Source of the DNA: an uncultured Methylomarinum sp.
GTDB lineage: Bacteria > Pseudomonadota > Gammaproteobacteria > Methylococcales > Methylomonadaceae
DNA length: 48,734 bases
Assembly: GCA_964385115.1 (NCBI GenBank)
Contig: CAYLNS010000001.1
Span: 1 to 48,734 of the forward strand
Reading direction: 5' to 3'
The first letter of the stretch is position 1. Each line of letters opens with the position of its first letter. The notes under the pieces are model-generated. The model worked only from the letters and a program-made list of their open reading frames with translations. It had not been told where the DNA came from and did no database searches. Shown in pieces: positions 1 to 10,459 of this stretch. A program made the translations under genes and the position numbers.

Positions 1-77
<77 letters not shown>

Positions 78-253
78 AAATTATTCCTGCAATTCTAGCA
101 TATGTCTTTGTTTTTGTGATTAGGATTTTTGATGGTTTTTTTAATCACTACAAATTGGCAAGCTGGTTTGTCGTGTATTGCGAAGAAATCGCATTTTCGC
201 TTTGCTGGCGCAGACAAATCAGGAATGATTTGTTCAGCGCTTCCTTAAAGGTA

Positions 254-748
254 CTAAACTGAAACCAGTGTTCTGGAGGTTTTTTCTGTTGTTGTGCTGC
301 CGTCCAGACTATAAGTTGTGGTTGTTTGTGACTGGCCACGGAATATTTGCTGGATACGTTGGTTGTGTCTGAGTAAAAGACTGATACTGGCGCCATTTTG
401 TTCGTTTAAATGATGAATTTTTTTAATCAGGTTTTTTATTGTTCCCCAATGCTGCATTCCTTGTTCTGTGGAAAACCCGGCATTTGCTGCGATTGAAAAA
501 TATTCATCCAAACCAGTCTTATCAAGACTAAGGTTTTCGGTGTTCAGTATTTGAGTCAGCTGTTGCGAGAATTGTTCTATCTGTGATGCCAGCTGTTTTT
601 TTTGCTGGCTGAGTTTGTTGATACTCGCTGTCGTGTTTTTTGTTTTTAGCTGGTCGGCTTCTTGAGTAAGCAGTTCAAACAGCTGTTGATTAAGCTCTAA
701 TCCCTTGGCTAGTAATTTCTCGGTGATAGGATAAGTTTTTTTTATCAT
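254..748 (-). CDS. flgN: flagellar export chaperone FlgN
   Basis: 164 aa helical protein with LNEQNGASI motif, directly downstream of flgM. Confidence 0.85.
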   Translation of the reverse strand: MIKKTYPITEKLLAKGLELNQQLFELLTQEADQLKTKNTTASINKLSQQKKQLASQIEQFSQQLTQILNTENLSLDKTGLDEYFSIAANAGFSTEQGMQHWGTIKNLIKKIHHLNEQNGASISLLLRHNQRIQQIFRGQSQTTTTYSLDGSTTTEKTSRTLVSV

Positions 749-751
749 AAT

Positions 752-1060
752 TTACGCACTGTCTGATGGGTTATCAAATTGCAGCATTTTTTCAGCGATG
801 CTGTCGGCATCAATCTGGTAATTGCCTGCTTGCAACGCCGCTTTTACAGCTGTGATTTTTTCTTCATTGATCACGGGTGTTGAGGGCGATGACTCTAATG
901 CCTGTTTAATTTTTTGTGTGACGCTGGACGCATCGAATTGATCCTGACTGTTTTGCTTGACGGGTGCAGAATCAATTTCAGATGTGTTCTTTTTGTCTGA
1001 CTGCAGGTTTGTACGCTGAAAATGTGCTGTTGTTTTGCCGTTAAGTGGGTTGATAGCCAT
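752..1060 (-). CDS. flgM: anti-sigma28 factor FlgM
   Basis: C-terminal KITAVKAALQAGNYQIDADSIAEKML motif; between flgA and flgN. Confidence 0.92.
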   Translation of the reverse strand: MAINPLNGKTTAHFQRTNLQSDKKNTSEIDSAPVKQNSQDQFDASSVTQKIKQALESSPSTPVINEEKITAVKAALQAGNYQIDADSIAEKMLQFDNPSDSA

Positions 1061-1093
1061 GTTGAATGTCCTGTTAATATTTATCTGCAGAGG

Positions 1094-1120
1094 TTAGCGG
1101 CATGTTAATCAATAACTTTA
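1094..1120 (-). promoter_or_regulatory. sigma28 (FliA) promoter of flgM-flgN
   Basis: Minus strand TAAA-N15-GCCGCTAA versus consensus TAAA-N15-GCCGATAA. Confidence 0.8.
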
Positions 1121-1134
1121 ATAAATATTTCTTT

Positions 1135-1818
1135 TTAAAAAACAGATACCAATCCTGGTTTAACAACGGTTGCCTGTACAATCTTTTTTGAATTGATATT
1201 TCTGATTTTAATGTTTTGTCCCAAGGTGCCGTTCATCATTGCAATTCCAGACATGCTGATTTGAAAAAAAGCGTTACCGGACTGAATTCTTACTCTTTCA
1301 CCTCTTTTTACCAGAGCTGGCTCGGCAATTAAGCGGTTGTTTAAGAGGGTACCCCTGGCAAGATTTCTTTTAGCTTGTTTGTTGAGGACTGATTTTACAT
1401 CATCCATATAGCCTTGATGTAATTGGCTGATGTCGGTTTTTTGAAAGGCTAAATGATGTTTGCCGAGTAATTCACCCCGTTTGACGGGGCGTGTTAATAC
1501 CAGAATATTTTTAAATGCCTGAATATTAACACTGGTATAAACAGTCCATTTTTTTTCTTTTTGACAGCGGACTCCCAAAGCATTCCGGCCGGGGGTTAAT
1601 GTTCCTTTTACGCTGAAAACTTGAAGTTTGTCAGAGCAGGCAGGTAATTTTAAGCGATGGTCAAGTTGACTGACTTGATAGCGATAATCGGTACTTATTT
1701 TAAATTCAGCAGCAATAAATTCTTTTATTGCATGGTGAATAGCATCAAAGGATTGGGTTTGGGCAAAAGCTTCATTCTGAAGCAATAGCCATATTAATAT
1801 GTGCAGGATTTTTTTCAT
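1135..1818 (-). CDS. flgA: flagellar P-ring assembly chaperone FlgA
   Basis: Signal peptide MKKILHILIWLLL (ATG 1818 preferred over GTG 1842); C-terminal VKRGERV...GQNIKIRNINSKKIVQATV. Confidence 0.92.
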   Translation of the reverse strand: MKKILHILIWLLLQNEAFAQTQSFDAIHHAIKEFIAAEFKISTDYRYQVSQLDHRLKLPACSDKLQVFSVKGTLTPGRNALGVRCQKEKKWTVYTSVNIQAFKNILVLTRPVKRGELLGKHHLAFQKTDISQLHQGYMDDVKSVLNKQAKRNLARGTLLNNRLIAEPALVKRGERVRIQSGNAFFQISMSGIAMMNGTLGQNIKIRNINSKKIVQATVVKPGLVSVF

Positions 1819-1864
1819 TAGCCGGTGTCGGAAATCTGTCACAAAATAGGATTAAAATTTAACA

Positions 1865-1880
1865 TGCATTATTCGGGCCA
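1865..1880 (-). promoter_or_regulatory. sigma54 -24/-12 promoter of flgA
   Basis: Minus strand TGGCCCGAATAATGCA (GG-N10-GC) about 47 nt upstream of the flgA ATG. Confidence 0.65.
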
Positions 1881-1955
1881 TTGCATGAAAAGTGATTGGG
1901 AAATTTCATCTTAATTCAATGCGGGCAGGTCTCTATCAAAAATTATGTTGCCTGC

Positions 1956-1982
1956 TAAAGTAAAATTTTAAAAAGCCGTTAT
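1956..1982 (+). promoter_or_regulatory. sigma28 (FliA) promoter of cheV-cheR
   Basis: TAAA-N15-GCCGTTAT. Confidence 0.75.
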
Positions 1983-2100
1983 ACTTCAGTGTTAAAGATT
2001 GAATAGAGGTATTCCACAGTGGGCATGGGTGGATGTGAAAGTCTGGGTATACCTTTATTTGTGTTCTCAGACGTATGGGTAAAAATTTAAGGGGTCAAAC

Positions 2101-3042
2101 ATGGCTGGAGTATTGGAAGGTGTTGATCAACGGACCAAACTGGCCGGACATAACCGGTTCGAGTTGTTATTGTTCAAATTAAAAGGGCGGCAACGCTTTG
2201 GCATTAATGTGTTTAAGGTGCAGGAAGTGATTCAGTGCCCGCAGTTAACGCAGATACCCAAATCCCATTCGGTGATTTGTGGTGTCGCGCATTTACGGGG
2301 GAAAACTATTCCTGTGCTTGATTTATCCATGTCAATCGGTTTGCCTGCTTTAAATCGGGATGCCAGTGCTTATGTGATTGTTACGGAATATAACAGAGGC
2401 GTTCAGGGGTTTATGGTGGGCTCAGTTGACAGAATTATTAATATTGGCTGGGATGCGGTCAATGCACCACCCGGAGGCGCCGGTAAGGAAAGTTATTTAA
2501 CAGCGGTGACAGAATTTGAAGATGAGCTGATTGAAGTGATTGATGTTGAAAAAGTCATGAAGGAAGTGATTGGCGGACAGGAAGAAGCTTCTCATGAGCT
2601 TGTAGATGAAACTTTAGATGCTAATGACGACCGGGTTATGATTGTGGATGATTCCTTGGTTGCCAGGAGTCAGGTTAAAAAGGTCTGTGAGCAGGTGGGA
2701 CTGGAATGTGTAGCTTTTAAGGATGGACAGGAAGCCTGGGAGCATTTGTCTGAACTTGCCGGGCAGGGAGTTGATATTTCTGAACATTACAGTTTGATTA
2801 TCTCGGATGTTGAAATGCCGAGGATGGATGGTTACACGCTAGCGACTAAAATCAAGGCTGATCCGCTGATGAAAGATGTTTATCTGGTATTACATACCTC
2901 TTTGAGTGGGGTTTTTAATACGTCTATGGTGCAAAAAGTGGGGGCGAATGAGTTTCTGGCCAAATTTGAACCGGATGCGTTGATTACGACAATACAAAAT
3001 CAATTGAAAAATTATCATGAGCAAAGACAGGCCAGGGCCTGA
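2101..3042 (+). CDS. cheV: chemotaxis protein CheV (CheW + receiver)
   Basis: FGINVFKVQEVI CheW-domain start; receiver motifs IVDDS and ISDVEMPRMDGY. Confidence 0.96.
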   Translation: MAGVLEGVDQRTKLAGHNRFELLLFKLKGRQRFGINVFKVQEVIQCPQLTQIPKSHSVICGVAHLRGKTIPVLDLSMSIGLPALNRDASAYVIVTEYNRGVQGFMVGSVDRIINIGWDAVNAPPGGAGKESYLTAVTEFEDELIEVIDVEKVMKEVIGGQEEASHELVDETLDANDDRVMIVDDSLVARSQVKKVCEQVGLECVAFKDGQEAWEHLSELAGQGVDISEHYSLIISDVEMPRMDGYTLATKIKADPLMKDVYLVLHTSLSGVFNTSMVQKVGANEFLAKFEPDALITTIQNQLKNYHEQRQARA

Positions 3043-3062
3043 TTGAAGCGTGTTGTGTATAA

Positions 3063-3917
3063 ATGTTAGATAAAGGACTGAAAAGTAAACAAAGGCCAGA
3101 GGTATCAACGCAGGATTACCAGCTTATTAAAGACTATCTTGCTCAGTCCTGTGGCATTATGCTGGGAGATAATAAACAGTATCTGGTACAAAGTCGCCTG
3201 GCATTTTTGTTGGAGAAGTTTAATCTGGCTTCTTATGCCGAATTGGTTGATGTCATTATGGCAAACCGAATGCAAAGCAAGATGCTAAAAACTGCGGTTG
3301 TTGATGCCATGACAACGAATGAGACTTTTTGGTATCGAGATAGTGCGCAGTTTACAGCGTTGGCGGAAACGGTATTGCCAGACCTGTTACAGCAAAAACA
3401 AGGAACCATAAGAATCTGGTCGGCTGCGTGTTCTTCCGGTCAGGAACCTTATACGATTGGAATTTGTGTTGATAAAGTGTTAAAGGCCGGCAGGCACCAT
3501 CAAAATGTGCAAATTATTGGCACCGATATTTCTGATTCGGTGATTACTGCCGCAAAGCAGGCGACTTACAGTGAACAAGAGTTATCAAGAGGGATTGATG
3601 ATGTCATTAAAACCGAGTATTTCATCAGAACAGGCGAACATTATCAGTTGAAGCCAGGTGTGACTAACCGGGTCAGGTTTCAACAATTTAATTTGTTAAA
3701 GCCTTTTTCAGTGCTGGGACGGTTTGATGTGATATTTTGCCGGAATGTGCTGATTTATTTTTCCGAGGAGATAAAACGCGATATTTTAACCCGAATGGCG
3801 GATATTCTTGAGCCAGGCGGGTATTTGTTTTTAAGCAGTACGGAATCCATGCCGCTGGATTTGAGCGTCTTTAAACCTGTCAAAGGTATCTCAAGGTACT
3901 ATCAGAAAATTTCATAA
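3063..3917 (+). CDS. cheR: chemotaxis protein methyltransferase CheR
   Basis: AMTTNETFWYRD, IWSAACSSGQEPY, FDVIFCRNVLIYF. Confidence 0.97.
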   Translation: MLDKGLKSKQRPEVSTQDYQLIKDYLAQSCGIMLGDNKQYLVQSRLAFLLEKFNLASYAELVDVIMANRMQSKMLKTAVVDAMTTNETFWYRDSAQFTALAETVLPDLLQQKQGTIRIWSAACSSGQEPYTIGICVDKVLKAGRHHQNVQIIGTDISDSVITAAKQATYSEQELSRGIDDVIKTEYFIRTGEHYQLKPGVTNRVRFQQFNLLKPFSVLGRFDVIFCRNVLIYFSEEIKRDILTRMADILEPGGYLFLSSTESMPLDLSVFKPVKGISRYYQKIS

Positions 3918-4004
3918 ACACCCATATAACGAAAATTCGACTTCTGATTTTATCTAAAAATCAATAGCTTGCAGTCATTATTGGGTTGTGCCTCTCCGAG
4001 CAAC

Positions 4005-4032
4005 AGGAATCGCTGATTAATCAGCGATTCCT
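4005..4032. repeat. perfect 28-bp palindrome (terminator-like or protein-binding site)
   Basis: AGGAATCGCTGATTAATCAGCGATTCCT equals its own reverse complement; lies between cheR and flgB. Confidence 0.85.
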
Positions 4033-4096
4033 TATTTCATCAACCCCATCCGATAAAAATGTCAAAAATCTGGCATTAGGCAATATGCATCATAAG

Positions 4097-4112
4097 CGGC
4101 AACTCTTTGCCG
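4097..4112. promoter_or_regulatory. candidate flagellar enhancer-binding-protein (FleR/FlrC-type) site
   Basis: Inverted repeat CGGCAA-CTCT-TTGCCG about 100 nt upstream of the flgB sigma54 promoter; assignment to a regulator is inference. Confidence 0.5.
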
Positions 4113-4209
4113 TTTTAGTCTTTCTTACTTCTGAAATCTTTCTGAGTTCTGTTACTTAGATGCGTTGCCAGCTAGATTAGACAATGCTAATCATATTGTA
4201 TGAGCCTGT

Positions 4210-4225
4210 TGGTACAGTTACTGCT
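4210..4225 (+). promoter_or_regulatory. sigma54 -24/-12 promoter of flgB operon
   Basis: TGGTACAGTTACTGCT (GG-N10-GC) 33 nt upstream of the flgB ATG at 4259. Confidence 0.75.
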
Positions 4226-4258
4226 TGTTCTTTTGAAAAAGACAAGAAGGTGACGAAT

Positions 4259-4654
4259 ATGGCTATAAATTTTGATAATGCTTTGGGAATGCATCCTCTG
4301 GCTTTGACGATGCGGGAAAAACGCAGCGAATTATTGGCGGCAAATCTGGCGAATGCGGATACTCCGGATTACAAAGCCCGTGATTTGGATTTTAAATCAG
4401 TGTTAAAACAACAGAGCGGTAATGAACATGTCAGCATGGAACGGACGCAGGTGGGACATTTGTCTCCAGGCCGGGAATGGCTGGGTGCGGATTTGAAATA
4501 TCGTAATCCCGGTCAGGCTTCGTTAGATGGCAATACCGTAGAAGAACATATCGAACAGGCAAAATATGCCGAAAATGCCATTCAATATCAGGCCAGCCTG
4601 CGATTTATCAATGGCAGGTTTCAAGGACTGATGACTGCAATCAGAGGAGAATAA
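4259..4654 (+). CDS. flgB: flagellar basal-body rod protein FlgB
   Basis: LAANLANADTPDYKARDLDF and SLDGNTVE motifs; start moved to ATG 4259 (RBS AAGGTG). Confidence 0.96.
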   Translation: MAINFDNALGMHPLALTMREKRSELLAANLANADTPDYKARDLDFKSVLKQQSGNEHVSMERTQVGHLSPGREWLGADLKYRNPGQASLDGNTVEEHIEQAKYAENAIQYQASLRFINGRFQGLMTAIRGE

Positions 4655-4656
4655 AC

Positions 4657-5073
4657 ATGTCTTCGATGAAAATTTTTGATATTGCCGGTAGCGGCATGAA
4701 TGCACAAAATCTACGTTTGAATCTGGTGGCGAGTAATATTTCCAACGCCAACAGTGTGAGCAGTAGTATTGACCAGGTTTACAAATCCAGGCAGCCGGTT
4801 TTTGCCGCGGAATTGAAAAATGTGTTGGATGAAAAAAATTCAGCGGGCGGGGTTAATGTGCTGGGTGTGGTCGAAAGTCAGGCGCCTCCGGTGATGGAAT
4901 ATGCGCCCAATCATCCTATGGCCGATGAAAATGGCTATATCTATAAACCGAATGTTAATACGGTGGAAGAAATGGCCAATATGATGTCAGCATCGCGATC
5001 TTATCAAAATAATATTGAGGTCTTAAACACTGCCAAACAATTGATGATGCAGACATTAAGAATGGGACAATAG
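4657..5073 (+). CDS. flgC: flagellar basal-body rod protein FlgC
   Basis: IAGSGMNAQ...ASNISNANS, YAPNHPMADENGYI. Confidence 0.97.
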   Translation: MSSMKIFDIAGSGMNAQNLRLNLVASNISNANSVSSSIDQVYKSRQPVFAAELKNVLDEKNSAGGVNVLGVVESQAPPVMEYAPNHPMADENGYIYKPNVNTVEEMANMMSASRSYQNNIEVLNTAKQLMMQTLRMGQ

Positions 5074-5084
5074 GAGATACATTA

Positions 5085-5759
5085 ATGGCAATTGATGCAT
5101 TAAAACAGTATCAGGATCTGGGGCTGAAAACGGTCGAAAAAAATACCAAAAAAGAAGCCACTTTACAGCAGGATCAGTTTTTAAAACTAATGACAACCCA
5201 GTTGACTCATCAAGATCCCTTAAAACCTATGGACAATGGAGATTTCCTGGGGCAAATGGCTCAATTCAGTACCGTTTCAGGAATTCAGGATTTACAAAAA
5301 TCCTTTGAAAACTTTTCCAGTTCAATCAGTTCGGGGCAGGCTTTGCAGGCTGCGACACTGGTTGGCCGATATGTGTCAGCTCCTTCCAGCGAAGGGTTGT
5401 TGTCGGCAGGTGGTTCTGTTTCCGGAGAATTTACCTTGCCGGCATCATCTCCGGAGGTCACGCTGAAAATTATTGAGCCGGCGTCCGGTGAAGTTGTTAA
5501 AACCATGGATTTGGGCGTACAGGCTAAAGGTAATGTGGCTTTTGAGTGGGATGGCATTACTCAGAATAATGAAATGGCTAATCCCGGGGTATATAAAATC
5601 CAGGTTGAGGCCAAAATTGATGGAAAAAATACCGCCTTACAGACACGAATCAAGTCACGGGTGGACAGTGTCACGCTGGGGCAGGGCAGTAATGGTTTAT
5701 TGCTTAATCTGGAAGGGTTGGATGCCGTTAAATTTAATCAAGTTAAACAAATTTCATAA
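5085..5759 (+). CDS. flgD: flagellar hook capping protein FlgD
   Basis: FLKLMTTQLTHQDPLKPMDN...QMAQFS. Confidence 0.96.
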   Translation: MAIDALKQYQDLGLKTVEKNTKKEATLQQDQFLKLMTTQLTHQDPLKPMDNGDFLGQMAQFSTVSGIQDLQKSFENFSSSISSGQALQAATLVGRYVSAPSSEGLLSAGGSVSGEFTLPASSPEVTLKIIEPASGEVVKTMDLGVQAKGNVAFEWDGITQNNEMANPGVYKIQVEAKIDGKNTALQTRIKSRVDSVTLGQGSNGLLLNLEGLDAVKFNQVKQIS

Positions 5760-5771
5760 GGAAGGTTAATC

Positions 5772-7058
5772 ATGGGGTTCAGTACAGCATTAAGCGGCTT
5801 AAGTGCCGCATCAAAAAACCTGGCAGTTACCGGTAATAATATTGCCAATGCCAATACCACTGGATTTAAAAAATCCAGAACCGAGTTTGCCGATGTTTAT
5901 GCAGCCAGTCTGGGAGGCGTCAGTTCAATTACGGCGGGGTCGGGCGTCAGGGTTGCCAATGTTGCCCAGCAGTTTAAGCAGGGTAACCTGAATTTTACCG
6001 ATAATAATCTTGATTTGGCGATTAGTGGCGAAGGTTTTTTTACCTTGTCTGCCAGCCCTACTGATGTAAATGACAGAGCCTATACCAGGGCGGGTGAGTT
6101 CAAACTGAATAAAGACGGTTTTATTGTCAATAATCAGGGGCAGGCTTTACTGGCATACAAACCAAATGGCAATACCGTGGCGGATGGGTTCAGTACCGGG
6201 GTGATGCAGCCTATACAGATTAATACTATTGCCGGTCAGCCCAGAGCGACTGAAGAGTTAAGTGTGGCTGTCAATCTTGATGCAAGTAAGTCAGCGGTTG
6301 CTGTAAGTCCGTTTGATAAAGATAATACCAACACTTATACCAGTCAAACCTCTGCGACGGTTTATGATTCATTTGGTACCTCACATATTTTTACCACTTA
6401 TTTTGCCAATAAAGGGGTTGTCGCAGGTGATCCGACCTGGGAAGTCTATCACTATATTGATGGTAATCCGGTCAACTTACAGTCGGGTGCGGCTTTTGGG
6501 GAATTGAAATTTGATGCCGTCGGTAATCTTAAAGCCCCTGTAAACGGCAGTGGCGTAGTGGATGGACTGTTTAATCTGGCACCTTATGTGATTACGCCGG
6601 CGACCGGGGCCAGCGATATCGAAATTGATAAATTAAGTTATTTTGGTTCCACCCAGTTTAATCAAAAATTCAGCGTCAATGAGTTGTCACAAAATGGTTT
6701 GCCCGCTGGTCAGTTGACGGGGATTGATATTGATGATGAAGGAGTATTGTTTGCCCGTTTTAGTAACGGCGGTTCGAAAACGCTGGGGCAGGTGGCATTA
6801 AGTCGGTTTTCTAATCCGCAAGGCTTAGCCAAGCTGGGTGATACTACCTGGGGACAAAATACCAATTCAGGTGATCCCGTTTCCGGTCAGCCCGGGTCCA
6901 ATAATTTTGGTGTGATTCAGTCGGGTTCACTGGAGGCCTCAAATGTTGAGCTTTCTTCTCAACTGGTCAATTTAATTGTCGCCCAGCAGGCTTATCAGGC
7001 TAATGCCAAGACAATCACCACTGAAAATCAGATTATTCAAAGCATCCTCAATATCTAA
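5772..7058 (+). CDS. flgE: flagellar hook protein FlgE
   Basis: [32 protein letters not shown]...QQAYQANAK. Confidence 0.97.
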   Translation: MGFSTALSGLSAASKNLAVTGNNIANANTTGFKKSRTEFADVYAASLGGVSSITAGSGVRVANVAQQFKQGNLNFTDNNLDLAISGEGFFTLSASPTDVNDRAYTRAGEFKLNKDGFIVNNQGQALLAYKPNGNTVADGFSTGVMQPIQINTIAGQPRATEELSVAVNLDASKSAVAVSPFDKDNTNTYTSQTSATVYDSFGTSHIFTTYFANKGVVAGDPTWEVYHYIDGNPVNLQSGAAFGELKFDAVGNLKAPVNGSGVVDGLFNLAPYVITPATGASDIEIDKLSYFGSTQFNQKFSVNELSQNGLPAGQLTGIDIDDEGVLFARFSNGGSKTLGQVALSRFSNPQGLAKLGDTTWGQNTNSGDPVSGQPGSNNFGVIQSGSLEASNVELSSQLVNLIVAQQAYQANAKTITTENQIIQSILNI

Positions 7059-7069
7059 CGGAGCGCATT

Positions 7070-7810
7070 ATGGATCGTAGCCTGTTTATAGCCATGAGCG
7101 GGGCCAAGCAAACATTACTGGCCCAGACAAATAATGCCAATAATCTGGCGAATACCCAAACAACCGGGTTTAAAGCAGACTTGCAGCAATTTCGCAGTAT
7201 GCCTGTTTTTGGCCCGGGCTATCCTACCCGGGTTTATGCCATGACAGAACGGCCGGGAACAGATGTAAGCATGGGGGCCTTGCAGACTACAGGCCGCGAT
7301 CTTGATGTGGCAATAAAAGGTGATGGCTGGATGGCCGTTGCAGGCAAGGATGGGCAGGAAGCCTATAGCCGTGCGGGGGATCTTAAGGTAACCCCGGAAG
7401 GTTTTTTGCAAACCGGAGCGGGCCGACAGGTTTTGGGTCAGGATGGCCCCATATCAATACCGCCTGCCGACAAGCTGGAAATAGGCCGGGATGGCACTAT
7501 CAGTATTGTTCCTTTGGGGGGACAGGCTTCTACTCTGGTGGTGGTTGATCAGATTAAGTTAGTCAAACCGCAACCTGGTGATTTGGAAAAGCATACTGAC
7601 GGATTGATGTATTCAAAACAAGGGGCTGTATTACCCGCCAGTGCAGATGTTACTCTGGTTCAGGGAGCCCTTGAAGGCAGTAATGTAAATGCTATAGAAG
7701 CCATGGTGTCGATGATTGAACTGGCCCGGCATTTTGAATTACAAAGCAAGGTGATGAAAACAGCGGATGAAAATGCGGCCGTAGCCGCTAAATTAATGCA
7801 AATGGCATAA
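7070..7810 (+). CDS. flgF: flagellar basal-body rod protein FlgF
   Basis: [30 protein letters not shown]. Confidence 0.96.
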   Translation: MDRSLFIAMSGAKQTLLAQTNNANNLANTQTTGFKADLQQFRSMPVFGPGYPTRVYAMTERPGTDVSMGALQTTGRDLDVAIKGDGWMAVAGKDGQEAYSRAGDLKVTPEGFLQTGAGRQVLGQDGPISIPPADKLEIGRDGTISIVPLGGQASTLVVVDQIKLVKPQPGDLEKHTDGLMYSKQGAVLPASADVTLVQGALEGSNVNAIEAMVSMIELARHFELQSKVMKTADENAAVAAKLMQMA

Positions 7811-7818
7811 AAGATGCA
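7803..7818 (+). promoter_or_regulatory. internal sigma54 promoter upstream of flgG
   Basis: TGGCATAAAAGATGCA (GG-N10-GC) overlapping the last codons and stop of flgF. Confidence 0.65.
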
Positions 7819-7859
7819 TCACTTCTGATAAGACAAAAAAATGTCATCAGGAGGGTGTT

Positions 7860-8648
7860 ATGACAGAAAGAGCATTATGGGTTGCCAAGACAGGTTTGGA
7901 TGCCCAGCAAACAAGAATGGCGGTTATTTCCAATAACCTGGCCAATGTAAACACAACCGGATTTAAAAAATCCCGGCCTTTATTTGAAGATCTGGTGTAT
8001 CAAAATATACGCCAGGTCGGCGCACAATCGACACAAAACACACAGTTACCATCAGGCTTGCAGTTGGGCACGGGGGTTAGAACCGTAGCCACCGAGAAAA
8101 TCCATACTCAGGGTAATATCTTGCAAACCGAGAATTCTCTCGATGTGGCTGTCAGTGGCCGGGGCTTTTTTCAGATTCTGATGCCAAATGGGGATATAAA
8201 TTATACCCGTAATGGTGAATTTAAACTGGATTCCACCGGGCAGGTTGTCACCTCGGGTGGCTTGCCATTGCAACCGGCAATTACTGTCCCGCCGGATACC
8301 ATCAGTTTAACCATTGGTCGGGATGGGACCGTATCCGCTTTACAGCCTGGGAGTCCGGTTCCTGCCGTTTTAGGGCAGATACAGCTGGCTGACTTTGTCA
8401 ATCCGACCGGTCTGGATCCGGTGGGTGAAAATCTGTTCAGAGAGTCTGTATCCAGTGGGGCGCCGGTGATTGGAACACCGGGGGAAAATGAATATGGTGC
8501 TTTGTTTCAGGGGTCACTGGAGACATCTAATGTCAATGTGGTTGAAGAGCTCGTAAATATGATTGAAACCCAAAGAGCTTATGAAATGAATTCCAAGGCG
8601 ATTTCGACGACCGATCAGATGCTTTCATTTGTGACTCAGCAACTTTAA
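7860..8648 (+). CDS. flgG: flagellar distal rod protein FlgG
   Basis: [54 protein letters not shown]. Confidence 0.98.
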   Translation: MTERALWVAKTGLDAQQTRMAVISNNLANVNTTGFKKSRPLFEDLVYQNIRQVGAQSTQNTQLPSGLQLGTGVRTVATEKIHTQGNILQTENSLDVAVSGRGFFQILMPNGDINYTRNGEFKLDSTGQVVTSGGLPLQPAITVPPDTISLTIGRDGTVSALQPGSPVPAVLGQIQLADFVNPTGLDPVGENLFRESVSSGAPVIGTPGENEYGALFQGSLETSNVNVVEELVNMIETQRAYEMNSKAISTTDQMLSFVTQQL

Positions 8649-8663
8649 TTCAGGAGCTGAAAA

Positions 8664-9338
8664 ATGAAGATTTATCGCATCTGTATCGTGTTGTCAGCAC
8701 TATTTATACTGTCTGCCTGCGATACCTTACCAAAGCGGGACCCGGATTTTTCACCGGTGCAGCCAGCTGATTTAAGACCGCCGATGCAAAATAATGGCGC
8801 AATTTATCAATCAGGCTACGATGTGCGGTTATTTGAAAACCTGGCTGCCCGGCGGGTGGGTGATATTTTAACTATTACCCTGGTTGAAAATACCAAAGCG
8901 AAAAAAAAAGCCAGTCTGGATGCATCCAAGGATAATCGGGTTTCGGTTACGGCTCCGACATTATGGGGTGTGGCCAGTCAGGTATTGCTGGGTCATGATC
9001 TGGAAACCAGTATGAAATCGAATCATCGTTTTCAAGGCGAAGGCCAGGCGCAGCAGACCAATAGTCTGACCGGTAATATTTCTGTCACTGTGGTTCAGGT
9101 ATTACCCAATGGAAATCTTAAAATAAGAGGAGAGAAGCGGGTAACACTGAACGATGGCAATGAATATATCCGGCTTTCCGGTATTGTCAGGCCGGAAGAT
9201 GTTACCGTCAGTAATACTGTCCCATCGACCAAAATAGCCGATGCCACAATTATGTATACCGGCGATGGCAGTATCGCAGATTCCAGCAAGGTGGGCTGGC
9301 TGGCCCGGTTTTTCTTAAGTCCGATTTTTCCTTTCTGA
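8664..9338 (+). CDS. flgH: flagellar L-ring lipoprotein FlgH
   Basis: Lipobox LSAC; [10 protein letters not shown]; [12 protein letters not shown]; GWLARFF. Confidence 0.97.
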   Translation: MKIYRICIVLSALFILSACDTLPKRDPDFSPVQPADLRPPMQNNGAIYQSGYDVRLFENLAARRVGDILTITLVENTKAKKKASLDASKDNRVSVTAPTLWGVASQVLLGHDLETSMKSNHRFQGEGQAQQTNSLTGNISVTVVQVLPNGNLKIRGEKRVTLNDGNEYIRLSGIVRPEDVTVSNTVPSTKIADATIMYTGDGSIADSSKVGWLARFFLSPIFPF

Positions 9339-9354
9339 TAAGGAGTCATGGAAA

Positions 9355-10449
9355 ATGAATAATAAGTGGTTGTTGCTGATATTGCTGTTGTCTGTATCGA
9401 GTATTATTCGAGCCGAAAGAATCAAGGATTTGGCTTCTATTGCCGGTGTCAGAAACAACCAGCTGGTGGGGTATGGTCTAGTGGTGGGTTTGCCAAAATC
9501 AGGTGATAAAACCAAATTTACCGGGCAGACGTTGACCAATATGCTGACCCGGCTCGGCATAAACTTGCCACCCGGCGTGGATCCCAAGGCGAAAAATATT
9601 GCCGCCGTGGCCATTAATGCCAATTTACCGGCTTTTGCCAAACCTGGTCAAACCATTGATGTGACTGTTTCATCAATCGGGGATGCCAAAAGTTTGCGGG
9701 GTGGGACATTGTTATTGAGCCCTTTAAGAGGGGCAGATGGCAAAGTTTATGCGATGGCGCAAGGCAATCTTGTCGTAGGTGGATTAAGCGCTTCCGGTGC
9801 GGATGGTTCAAGTATTACCGTGAACAACCCGACAGTTGGCAGAATTCCCAATGGCGCCACAGTGGAACGAAGTGTGCCCACACCCTTTAAAAATGCCCGC
9901 AGCCTGATTTTTAATTTGCATAATGCCGATTTTACTACGGCCAGCCGTATGGTGCGGGTGATTAACGAGAAAATGGGCGCGGGAACAGCCGCAGCGATAG
10001 ATGCGACATCAATTCGTGTGAGCGCTCCTTTGGAAGTCTCTCAGCGGGTGATGTTTGCTTCCATGATTGAAAACCTGATGGTGCTTCCGGATGATGCGCC
10101 GGCCCGGGTTATCGTCAATTCACGATCCGGTACGGTGGTGATCAGCAGTAAGGTCAGGGTACAGCCGGCTGCGGTTTCTCATGGCAGTCTGACGGTAACA
10201 ATCAGTGAAAATCCCCAGGTCAGCCAGCCTAATCCTCTGGGTCAGGGACAAACAACAGTTGTTCCACAATCTGATGTCAAAGTTGAAGAGGATGGCGCCA
10301 ATCATATGTTTGTCTTTAACCCTGGCGTGTCTCTGGATGATATTGTCCAGGCGGTCAATGCAGTTGGAGCGGCTCCCAGCGATCTGGTGGCGATTCTTGA
10401 AGCGTTAAAAGCGGCAGGCGCTTTACGGGCTGAACTCATTGTGATTTAG
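9355..10449 (+). CDS. flgI: flagellar P-ring protein FlgI
   Basis: [26 protein letters not shown]...[15 protein letters not shown]. Confidence 0.98.
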   Translation: MNNKWLLLILLLSVSSIIRAERIKDLASIAGVRNNQLVGYGLVVGLPKSGDKTKFTGQTLTNMLTRLGINLPPGVDPKAKNIAAVAINANLPAFAKPGQTIDVTVSSIGDAKSLRGGTLLLSPLRGADGKVYAMAQGNLVVGGLSASGADGSSITVNNPTVGRIPNGATVERSVPTPFKNARSLIFNLHNADFTTASRMVRVINEKMGAGTAAAIDATSIRVSAPLEVSQRVMFASMIENLMVLPDDAPARVIVNSRSGTVVISSKVRVQPAAVSHGSLTVTISENPQVSQPNPLGQGQTTVVPQSDVKVEEDGANHMFVFNPGVSLDDIVQAVNAVGAAPSDLVAILEALKAAGALRAELIVI

Positions 10450-10459
10450 GGGGAGCGGT

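Noticed and set aside
8901-8909. A9 run in flgH (and T9 near the bamA start) as phase-variation tracts
   Set aside because: Both frames are intact, and such runs are expected from Lys/Phe codons in an AT-rich genome
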